The notes beneath the pieces were generated by a model, which worked only from the letters and a program-made list of their open reading frames with translations, made no database searches and had not been told where the DNA came from. The position numbers and the translations under genes are program-made. 64,000 nt of DNA from Chrysomallon squamiferum (lineage: Eukaryota > Animalia > Mollusca): NCBI GenBank assembly GCA_012295275.1, contig CM022667.1:1612001-1676000 (forward strand), given 5' to 3'. Position 1 is the first letter of the stretch, and each line of letters opens with the position of its first letter. Of this stretch, positions 12,401 through 62,944 are shown piece after piece.

Positions 12401-12555
12401 CTGAAAATAACAAGAAGACAAATTTGATTGGCCAGTGATAATAAATTTGCACCAATAAGTAAATTAAAAAAAAAAAAAAAAAACATTTATAAGAAAATAA
12501 AAAATTACTAAATAGAATAGTATTAACCATGAGTTAAAAACTGTTACATGTTTAA

Positions 12556-12600
<45 letters not shown>

Positions 12601-12832
12601 TTGGTAGTGATAATAACAATGGTGTTAATGATAATAATATAAAGATGATGATCATAGAAATGATACTGATGATGGCAGTTATGATGATATCCATCAGTTA
12701 AAGGAAATAATATTTTTATCTTGAATTATTCGATAAAGCAAACAAACAATGAAAAACAATTATTTGGATTAAAAATAATAATTCCAAAAAACAATACATT
12801 TCATGTCATTAATATCATCTTATTATTATATC

Positions 12833-12864
<32 letters not shown>

Positions 12865-15031
12865 ATGAGATTTAGCATTGTATTTACAAGTATAATATGT
12901 TTATAATTAAATGTCAGACATGAAAGATATAATAATGATGATACCAGGAAATCAACTTACACCATTACAGGACATCTCATGCCATATATGAAGACAGACC
13001 CTGTGATCCTTAGCAGTTCAGGCAAGTCTCTAGCCACGCCAACACACACCCACATAGGCACACATACAGAAAAAAAAAAAAATATATATATCTATACACA
13101 GACAGGAACATACGTACGTGCCTACATACAAAAACATGTACACAGACTGACAGACACACACACATTTCTGGCTTATTCTCTCGAGGAAACAAAGTATCAA
13201 AAGTCAATTTGTTAAAAAATGAACTGTGAATAAAAAGACTCACTTGTAATTGGTCTTTTTCGTACTTTCTTACTCTTCTTAGATATCCTTTGTCCAGAAC
13301 CCACAATCATTAAGTTGTTGTTTCCAATTTGAGTATTAGAAGCATTATGAATTAAAATCCGTGTTTCACTGCCATCATTTCCTGAAATACAAAAATATAG
13401 ACTAAACTCTAAAAATCTTGCAACATCTAAGAGGAGAAGAAAAAAATAAAAAATAAAAATAAAAACCATTGTTTATGGTAAGATACTGTTAATACAAATT
13501 ATTATTATTAAGAACTCATTGTATTCAGTTAATATTTATGAATACCAGGATCACTGAATTCAAATGATAATTTTTTTTTTTTAAACACTTTGAAATAATC
13601 TGTATAAAAGAAACCAAAATCAACAAGAAGGAAAACAGTTTTGATCAAAGAATTAATACAAAAGTTTGGAACTGACAGGTGAGGAATTTCACTTTCCCTA
13701 ACAGTCAGTTTTCTTAATGCTTGGAAATAAGAAGATTTTTTTATATTTTTAAAAGAGTAAGTGACATCTGTGCACTCTGTTTGATGTAAACAGGGAGGCA
13801 TGGAGACATTTATTTATTTTATTTAACTTTTTTTTTGATTAATTTAAATCCATTTTCACATTATGTTAACATAATACAGAGTAAAGCATATCAAGGTGTG
13901 CACCAAGCAGTCTGTGTCCAAATGATTCAGTTTCTGCTGCTCCATTGTAGGTGTTGTTTATCAGTGGTGTTGGATGTGAGACCTAACTAAGGCTAATTTC
14001 TAGATGAGAGGCCAGGCTGAGGGTGATCTTGTGGTGAAGAGCGAGGTTGTCTGAATTATCTGGGTTGTCTGAAGATGCAGTGAGACAAGAGACATATGTA
14101 TTTTTCTTTCTTTAAGTAATTAATAATAAGGAGCTATTGCCTCATTTTTGTGACACTTTGTTTCCAGGTCATTGTCAGTTTTGCTGCGTACACCCAGTTA
14201 GAGTATTAGCCTGTGGGAGGTAAACAGGTCCATGGAATGGCCAAGATGTAGGTAAATAGGTCAAACTACAACCTCATACTACTGCTACTACTACTTCCTT
14301 TATAACATACCAGTGTGTTCCATATAAAGTGGGGATTTTCTCCTGGGTTCATTACAATCCTGGAATGAACAAGAAGAAACCTTTTTTAAAAGTGAAAGTT
14401 AACTAATAATTATCTGAAATTTTGCAAGGACAGATCAGAAATAGCTACAGGATTAGAAGAAAGAAAAAAACAAAACAACATTAAACAGTTATTAAAATGT
14501 ATTAGGCAAAAATACAAATTAAACTATATTTGTAAATGTGTATGTGTGTGTGTGTATGCATATACATTGTTTTTGTGTTTATGTATGTATATATGTGTGT
14601 ATGTATTATCCATGTGTATATGAAAATATGCATAAGTACTATTTTTTTATGGTGTTCTAAATATATATATAAAAAATGTTAACATTTAATTTCAACAGGC
14701 ATACTCTCAGACATTCAAGACTGGAAAAAAATCCAAAAATAAAAAAATATAGGTTTTTGAGGTTGTTTTGTTGTTTTTTAAAACTTTTTATACATACTTA
14801 CTGTTAAATGGATATAATTTCAGTATACTATGTATATAATATTCAAATCTTTCTAAAAACAAATGCTCATACTTAGTTTCGTTATTATTTATTTATTCAT
14901 TATTATTGTTGTTGTTATTTTTATTTTTATTTTTTTTAAAGAAACACAATCTGATTAGAAATATATAAATATATGAAGTACATATACTATTTAAAAATAC
15001 TTACATCCATTCTGCTTTCTGTGGTTCCCAT
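12135..15031 (-). CDS. IMD/RIP-like RHIM + death-domain adaptor, paralog 3 (159 aa; coding exons 15005-15031, 14311-14359, 13244-13381, 12135-12400)
   Basis: GT-AG introns with consistent phases. Product MGTTESRMDDCNEPRRKSPLYMEHTGNDGSETRILIHNASNTQIGNNNLMIVGSGQRISKKSKKVRKRPITTSTAEPTQDQMDYIANNIGVLWRKLGRKLRLSDGQLDYLRMQYVSESQYEVVYQMLRQWKSQYHPVTLQKLAEACDAVGRGDLSDYLS*. Confidence 0.85.
13244..13381 (-). CDS. RHIM-containing exon of paralog 3
   Basis: 138 nt phase 1-1; ILIHNASNTQIGNNNLMIV matches the RHIM pattern (hydrophobic-x-I-x-N...[IV]Q[IV]G-x-x-N-x-M/L). Confidence 0.85.
13530..14275. mobile_element. ~0.75-kb insertion specific to the paralog 3 intron between coding exons 2 and 3; probable decayed transposon
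   Basis: Absent from the homologous introns of paralogs 1 and 2; higher sequence complexity and GC; family not identifiable. Confidence 0.35.
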
Positions 15032-16149
15032 GATAGTATGTCTTTAGATAAAAGTTTGTTTTTGCAAGAGTACCTGAAAATAAATAGTTCATGTTTTGTT
15101 TCTTATTTATGTATATATATTTAAATTATAAAGAACATAGATTATTTGAATAAACTAAAATAAAACCAATTATGTAAATGATTTTGTACTCTCAAGAGTT
15201 TTATTCCTGAACTTTTTAAATTATAAACTGTAAATATTTATTCTGTTTATTTAATTAGTTCAATACACACTCAAATTTGTCTACAAATTTGTTTTATTGA
15301 AAGACATATTTTTATGTTGTCTTCATCACCATTATGAAAACCTACCAACCAAAATGGGGGTGGGGAAAATAAAAACAGATAAAATAATAATAATAGTTGT
15401 TATTTCTTTTCATGATTTTATTTCAAACATGATTAACACAAATTGCATAAGATAATATAATTGTTATAAACATTAAAAATTGTTATTTCCGATGGAATGT
15501 TATAAAAGTTTAGCTCTGTTTCATTATTAAGTAAATTATAAAACAGACAAGAACAAATAAATATTTAAAAGTTAAAATAATAAAAATAATAATTCAAAAT
15601 CATTATGCAAGTAACATGACCAGTTATCATTTAATTATCATTAATAGATGATTGGTGAAACAATGCCTAGTAAAAATAAAATAAAATAATTATGTTTGAA
15701 TAACAGTTGTACCTGACTTGAGCTGCTGATTGTACTAATCATGTACATTTTAAATTATTTTAGGAGATTACTTTATAACGGAAGAACAACGTGGAAAATT
15801 TCGTGTTTTTATCAACCACAAAAATCCCCTTTATGTTTTTGTTTCGATTAACCGATACTCTTCTCTCTCTCTTTATTTTTATTTTTATTTTATTTTTTTT
15901 CACTAAGGTCCCGATAATCGAGGCAATAGAAGACTGGTACTCTTGACTTCATTTTGCTTTATTTACATTTGAGACAAATGTATTTATTTTGAATAATTAT
16001 ATGAATTTAACATTTGTACTTAGACAACAATTTTAACCCTTTTACTATTGAATTATTATTATTAAAAAAAAAAAAAATGCGACGACAATAATATATATAT
16101 AATAAAAATGCAACACCGACAACAATATATACAGTATATCTATCTATCT

Positions 16150-16253
<104 letters not shown>

Positions 16254-16555
16254 AAAGAAAGAAGAAAAAGGAAAGAAATGAAAACCCGGGGAATATGTTT
16301 ATAACACTGATTTTTGTCCAAAATTGTTCACAACATTACTGTCGATACAATTTTGATGACATAAAGGGATATTAATTATTTTATTCTATAGTTCCTTTTT
16401 TCTTTTTATTCCGTTAGTTTTGCCGATATTTTAAAGTAACTGAAATATTATTCATGCTTATTTGTACAATTTGTGGCTGATTTACTATGTATTTATATCG
16501 ATTATTCTCAATAGATGTGTTACACTGAGAAAAACGGCAACGACAGAACAACAGA

Positions 16556-16599
<44 letters not shown>

Positions 16600-16626
16600 C
16601 AACAACACAATTTAGTGGCTATAGTG

Positions 16627-16708
<82 letters not shown>

Positions 16709-17009
16709 TAATGTAATAACGATGTTGTTGATTATGCTAACATGTAGATTATATCACACACACACACATTACAAGTAAATAAATCAATAAAATAAACATT
16801 AAACCAAAAAACACAAACAAACCAGCCACACGATCAATCAGTCAAACGTTCACAGTTTTACAAACAACTCGTAACAAGAGTATACTGAAGATATTTTATT
16901 TTATTAATATATTTATGTATCATACCAGAATTTAAAAACACACAAGAGATTAAATGATGTGAAACAAGGAAATGCATTTTAATTACAATATAACGATAAG
17001 CAAGAAAAG

Positions 17010-17062
<53 letters not shown>

Positions 17063-17148
17063 AACAACTACTACTACTATTAATAATAGTAATAATAATG
17101 ATAGTAGTAGTGGTAGTAGTAAGAGTAGTAGTAGCAGTAGTAGTTGTA

Positions 17149-17235
<87 letters not shown>

Positions 17236-17237
17236 TA
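17010..17237 (+). repeat. Compound (AAT)n/(AGT)n microsatellite at the distal boundary of the triplicated region
   Basis: Seen directly. Confidence 0.9.
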
Positions 17238-17920
17238 ACACAGCTTAGCTGGTTAACCGTTTAATAATGCAAAATAATATTAAAAAGAATGAAAAACGTG
17301 TTTTTTTGTTTTTAAATTTATTTTGGTAATGAAATAAAATAACTAATAATAAAAAGAAAACAGATTTGTTGATATATGTTATTAAAAAACGTCTCTGACA
17401 GTATCACAAAATGCGCTGGCATCTAAAGTAACAGGCTTCGTAAACATTAAACTGACGTAACCGTAAGCTTTATGATTAAAAAATGAAACATAATTCAGGA
17501 AACAAGTTGAAATGTCAAAAATATACTTAAATTAGATATAAAAGAGAGAGAGAGACAAAATATGTGTGTTTCTGTTCTATTTGTTAAAAAGGCATAATTA
17601 ATCGGTGTTTTGTTACTAGAAGTATTTTATTTGAGGTGTCTGTCAATTGAGCAGGAAATGAACAGAAATATGTTGAGCAGAGTTTAAAGGGAGGTTATTA
17701 TGTAGTGGTGGTTTCAGACGATGATGATGATAATGATGATGACGACGATGATGATAATACTGATACTAAGAAATAAATATAAATAAAATGTAAAATTGAA
17801 GATATTAATCAGTCAAAATATATTTTAAAGTTCTATCCAGAAAAGAAAAATCAGTGTAAAGAATGTATGCCAGTATGTGTGTATGTGTGTGTGTGTATAT
17901 ATATATATATATACACATAT

Positions 17921-17959
<39 letters not shown>

Positions 17960-18097
17960 ATAAAAATATAATAATTAAATAAAATGTATACCTTTATTTC
18001 ATAAAACGTATAATATTTAATGTAACAATGAACAAAACGTATTCATATACTTTAACATAATCATCATCGTCATCATCATCATCATCGTCGTCATCTC

Positions 18098-18128
<31 letters not shown>

Positions 18129-18445
18129 AAAAAATAATATCATCATAATTATAAATACGTTTTATTAATGATATGAAAAAGATGAATGTTATCGTATAAT
18201 GAACAGCATTTATAAACGTACAAGAACCGAAAGAAGGCAAACGGTAAATGAATATTAATTAGTTCTATAAATACTTGTATATATATATATACACACTTAC
18301 TTTTAATTTACATTATCAAACAGTCTGCACTTTATATATTTATTAAAAGCGGCAGATATTAGAAAATATCTTTATAATGGGAACATTGCAATCTTGCTGT
18401 ATTCATTTCGTCATCTTCATACACTGAACGTCGGGAAGTAAAGCG

Positions 18446-56761
<38,316 letters not shown>

Positions 56762-58523
56762 GATGATGATGATGAATTCCAAAACGGACTGCAGAAGTTT
56801 CTAACGCTGCTTAAGATATCCCAAACAAAACTTCGAGAAGGACGGCGCGACCAGGTTTTTAACTTCCGTTTAACAGTTGCTTCAAGCAGAGCAGTCAGTC
56901 AGTGAGTCCCTTCCCTTCCAGCCTGCCGAGAGCAAGAACAGTTGTAATCGGATACTGCAAGAGAACAGAACGTCTTTGGATGCGCTGCAGTTTCCTACTC
57001 TACTTTATTACTACATACACAACAACAACAACAATACGGCTAGCTTCAATTAACGTGCTTACAACCGTAGAGAGAAAATCTTGTAAAAGATGCAAGAGGG
57101 GAAAAAAACAAACAAATGAAAGTAAAAAAAAAAAAAAAAAACACTTTTTCAGAAAAGTCTTGGTGTTATTATTTGGTTTTAAATAGGTTGATGAAATGAC
57201 GTAGACATTATGGCATTTTGGGCGGTTTGTGTGAAACTTCGCATGGACGACGCTGTGAGTAAAAACAAAAGGAAACCAGCGTGTTGTGTGTGTGTGTGTA
57301 TGTGCTGACTCATGTAAGCGGGATGTAGGTGTAAATGTAGCTGCTGTTAGCGGCGCGCTACGTGAGTGAGTGTGAGTGTGTGTGTGTGTGTAACTGTGGC
57401 CTCTTGTGACCCCCAGTTGACTCTGGTCTTAACTTTGCAGTTTACTTTCAGCGAGAGATGTAGCGGGCTTGCTGTTTGCCGGGTCGTTGTCGTGGTGTTG
57501 CGAGCGCGTGATCACAGCAGTGTGCCAAAAAATATATATTTATATATAAAGGAAATTATATCGTGTGTATTATCATTGTAGATAGGTATCTGTGCATTAT
57601 GTGAAAATCATTCCAAAAAAAAAAAAAAAAAAAATATATATATATAAAAAAACAATTAAGAAAAATAAATTATGTTTATCATGCAGAGAAAACAACAAAT
57701 ATAATTTATTTATTAAAAAAGAGAAAACCACAAAAGTATACAAGAAAAAAAAAAAATAGAAAAAAATAAATAAAGATAAACAAAACAAAGAGGCAAGCAA
57801 ACATACAACAATAAACGTACAAATAAATAAAACAAAACAGCAAAAAATAAAAATGAAAAACTTTGTAAAAAAAAAAGACAAAAAAAAAACAAATGCCAAA
57901 TCATAAAAAAATGAAAAACTAAAACAAATAAAATTAAGGCAAATTAAAAATATATATAAAAATAAACATAAAAATAAAAATAAACAAATAAAATAAAATA
58001 AAGTAAATAAATAAAAAAGGAAAGACAATTATATATATATATATATATAAAATGTAAAATGATATTTTCTTTTTTCAGTTTTGATACTCTGTTGACGATG
58101 ACGATTATGAGATAATGATGATAATGAGGGATAATAATGATAATGATGATAATTATACATGTATATTGTACTTGAACGTGTGGTATTTGCATGTGTAAAT
58201 TTGTGTGTCTGCCTGTCTATACTTTTCTATCTGTCTATCCAGCCACCCATCTCTCTGTCTATCCAGCCACCCATCTCTCTGTCTCTATCTATCCATCTAC
58301 ATCTATCTGTCTGTCAGTATTCTTAATCAAAATCAGAGTTTCTGTTAAAGTGAGCTGGTATAACATTTTGTAATCATCGTGACAGCGGGATTTTGAATAT
58401 GTAAATACTTACATGCTAATTGCAGCACTGTACAAGCAACGTCAGTTTAAGTGTTACAAGTAACTACAAATTTTAAGTAAAAAAATGTGTAAAAATATGT
58501 AAAATAAAAAACAAATAATAATA

Positions 58524-58569
<46 letters not shown>

Positions 58570-59152
58570 GCGTTCGTATGTGCGTGTGCATATATATATA
58601 TTTTTATATACATATGTATATGTATGCTTCTGTCTTTCTCTCATATATATAGCTTAACGGACTTTCACCATCGTCAGATATACATTCGCTCCTATAAATC
58701 TATTAATTTCAGGGCCTATTGGATTTGGAAGTATTATTATTATTATTATTATTATTGAAGTATTAATATTTGATTATTATTATCATCATCATCCTCATCA
58801 TTATTTTAATGACGCCTCGACGCATTTTAATACCGGTGGCCCAGTACCACATCTTTAGACTTACTTTACAGTCAAAAAAAATAAATAAAATAAAATAAAA
58901 TAAAATTCATTAACTGTAGACACAGACCGATGATCTAAAAAAAAATAATAAGAAGAAAATAAAACATTAAAAAATAATAATAAATAATAATAATTATTAT
59001 AATGATGATTATGATAATAATAATAATAATAATAACAATAAATAATAATAATGAAGAAATTTAACGATAAATTTAAAATTGCAAATATAAAAATTAACAA
59101 ATATGATAATAGATTTGAAACAAATTCATATATTATTGCAGACATAAGCGCA

Positions 59153-59199
<47 letters not shown>

Positions 59200-61479
59200 C
59201 GATGATGATGATGGAGATTATTGTTATTACCATCTATTGATGATGATAATAACTCAAACATATAATCATTTTAGCAATCTTAAATATTTTATCGCATGAA
59301 ATAAAAATTAATATAATAAAATGTACACCTAATTAAATGTATAAATAATATTTAATTACAAACAAATACAAATTTAATTAATTTCTTTTAAGAGAAAAAC
59401 AACAAACAAAACAAACAAATACAGAAACTTACAAGAAAAACCCGGCCCGAACTCTGAACAATAGTCAAACAAAACAATACACGTAACCAGGTAAATACGT
59501 CACTGAATTCATGGCGTCATAGAGGCGATAGGTTAATAATTTATATCTGAAGTAAATGAACTAAAAGAACAGTGGAAAGTTTTTAATAATTACTTGAATT
59601 TCAAATATTTTAATCTTTTTTCCTTGTTTAATATTTAAATAAGTTTTATGCTGTTTACTTATGAAAACAAACGTATTTCTTCATACCTATTTAAAGTTAA
59701 GCTAGCAAATGTCGCGGAACATGGTGACTTTGGTTCGCCATTTTGATACTAAAACATAACTTAATCGTTTGTTTGCATTCTTCTCGTCTGCACCACTATA
59801 CTGTTAACTTCCGCTACATTCTTAATTTTTATATGCATAATTTAAATTGCATAATCTTATTGATTAATAATGGATTATTGTGCAGTCATTGAATACCTAT
59901 TTCCATAGTTTACCGAAGTTTTTATTATATATATATTTTAAAAAAAATTCTAGATTTCCAAGTTTATACATCATCTGATTAATATGACTTTTTATTAACT
60001 ATAAATATACATGTAAATCAAACGCTTTCCCCATCTATTCTAATTACACCTATTTCGCTCTCTCATTTGGCCAAAAGAAACATGGGACCATGACAATCAC
60101 AACATGTTCAGTACGACGGAAGTAAAGATGCTAATAAATATTCATAACGTGTAATACTTCATGAATATTCAATAACTACAACACGGCACGAACTGTCAGT
60201 TTTACGTCACATATAGTTCTGACACTCTATTGAGAAACGCGGGAAAAAACAAACCAATGTCCACGTGTTTTGTTATGCCATAGCAATTTCATACGTTTCT
60301 CTGAATGATCATGATATATGAAAGTGTTGTTTGCGTTTTGTTTGTTTGTAATTAATAAGAGTAATAAAATAATCAAAAATGTTAATTTTAAATAATAAAA
60401 AACAAAAATAAAAAAAAAAAAAAATTTTTTTTTTTTTATTTGAATGTATTTTGCAGGAGTGTGTGTATGTATGTATATGTATATATATATATAGATATAT
60501 ACACATGATAACAGTGCTAACAATAACATAAGTCAATAGTCTGATAAACTGACTAGCAATTTTTAAAACATATCTGGATATAAGAGATAATAAAAAGGGT
60601 AATATATTTATCAGACAAGGAATATAAAATAAATACTAATGATGATAACAACATCAAGAATGCTTCAACAATTTGTTTTATTAATTTTTATTTTACTGAT
60701 GTATTTATATATGTTGTAACAGAAATGGGGTTGGGCATATAGACCTAATTGTCTGTTTTGAAACATGAGTACCTGGCACCATTCCATGTCAAATCCATTA
60801 CAGGGTTCATTTCTTGTCCAATATTAGATGTTTTGGAAGAAGCATACAGGAGTTAGCATCTTATAAACAGGGATGAGACAAGCATTTAAATGACAAACAC
60901 TATTAAATATGATCTTCATTTGTTTCTAAATCTAGCATTATGAACAAACAACTTGACAGGTAATGCTTGTTTACAAAATTACACAATCCTATCCAAATCT
61001 TCATTGTTTAGATTCTTTAGAGAATCTAGCAAACAGAAGTTACATTGTCTAAAATTATAACTACTAAATTTGTATTTGATATGTTTAGTTTGAGAATTGT
61101 TGTGACTGAATGCTTGTGATAATTATACATTTAAACCACCTTTCATTGTTGATAATTTATTGTAATTCTTTTTAAGCTTTCTTGACAAACTGCTGTGGAT
61201 TATGAATGTGATGATTTTTTTTGCTTCCAAAAAAAAGAACATTTTTAAACTAATCATAGTCATACTTTTAGCATGTTTCTAGGTTTTAATCTGCAGTTAC
61301 ATGCTAGGTTTATGTATATTTTAATTTGTAATTAGAAACACTGGTCTCTATTCTACCTCTTGTTTTGATCCTTGCAACAAGATAACAGTTCTAAATTTAC
61401 AAAAAAACTTTTATTCACCAACTGCCAAGCAATGTACATTTTCATAATTTTATTACAACAAAAAATAAACTCTTCTTAC

Positions 61480-62626
61480 CATTTGCCAGCAAAGTTTTCA
61501 CATAAAATGGCAACAAATCTTTCAACAGATCCAAGATTGGCACGGTGAATAATAACAGAAGTTTCTTTCTCTCCCTGCTCACTGAAATATTTTATAAATT
61601 ATAATTATTATTATTTTTTTTTTATATAAGATTTATTTGTTTCATAATATCACAATTTATTTACTGTACCAATCTGCAATAACTAGATACAGTAAATAAT
61701 TATTAATAAAGACAGACCTATCAAATTAAAAATTATTTATTAAAAAAAAAAAAAAAAAAAAAATGTGGCAGCCTTAGTTTCATAGATATTAAAAACAATA
61801 TTTAAAATATATCCCATTTTGAAAATATATTTAAGCCTTAATCATTTAAACATTCAAAATAAGTTTCTCAATTAAATTTTTTTTTTTAAATTCTAATAGC
61901 ACACACATCCAAGTTTCACAATGTTATGTTTAAAAATTTATAGTTTTTACCTTAATCATGTAAGGCTATCACGTTTTATTTTAAAATTTCATATTATACT
62001 ATTATTAAATTACTGCAGAATTATTTTTGGATGTTTACAGATATATCAGGTTAGTAATGTTCTGTTTTAACAGCTTTTGTTTGTTAATTTGTTTCAGAAT
62101 CTAAAATATTTTTACTTTTGGCCCATAGAAAGCTCCATCTTGTGGATTCAGTTCCCATTTTTCACCAAATGCTTCTAGTTGCTGAAAAAAATAAAATAAT
62201 AATACTGATACATATCATTATGTTGCAAAACATTACAACAATTTTAATCTTTAATACAAAAAGAAAAATACAGATATGCACCAAAAACATAAAAACATGT
62301 AATTGCCAATCCACATTATTTAAAATATTATAAAACATAAATAAATGACCAGTATTTGTAGTATTTATTTCTAGTAGTAATAATTTAATTTGTAATGATA
62401 AACTAATGCTATTTCTAACAATAATAATTTAATAAAACTTAGTTAACCTCAGGTTCTGGGTAATAATAATTAACCATGGTTAATAATCTTGATTATTTTT
62501 TTTTTTTTGTTATTATTATTATTTTTTTTTTTTTTTTTAATGAAATCTGTGAAGTCTGGTTAAGAAGTAAATAAAAATTATTCAGCTATTTTTTTTATTT
62601 TTTTTTTTTGTGACAAATAAATTTTG

Positions 62627-62712
<86 letters not shown>

Positions 62713-62944
62713 GTAAAATACAGCTATCTATAATTCCATATATAAGATATACAAAATAACCCAATATTTTACATTTAAAAAATAAACAAACAGTATATTC
62801 TGTAACCTACTCACTTTCCTTCCAAACCCATGTCATGGTAAAATCCATTATCAACTGGTGGCCCATAACAAAGATGGCCTCCGTATTCTTTTTCCATGGC
62901 TTCACCAAGAATGTGCACACTTGAGTGCCAGAATACATACTGCC
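61480..62944 (-). pseudogene. TARS1: Threonyl-tRNA synthetase (cytosolic TARS-like) relic exons 62815-62944, 62116-62181, 61480-61581
   Basis: [38 protein letters not shown] (editing domain), [22 protein letters not shown] and [26 protein letters not shown] (catalytic motif 3). Splice sites are present but phases are incompatible (2 to 0, 0 to 2) and hundreds of residues are missing between the exons. Confidence 0.8.

Noticed and set aside
12961-13029. Possible extra 69-nt cassette exon in paralog 3 (GTAAGT donor at 12955-12960)
   Set aside because: The acceptor lacks a pyrimidine tract, there is an in-frame TAA, and no counterpart exists in the other paralogs.
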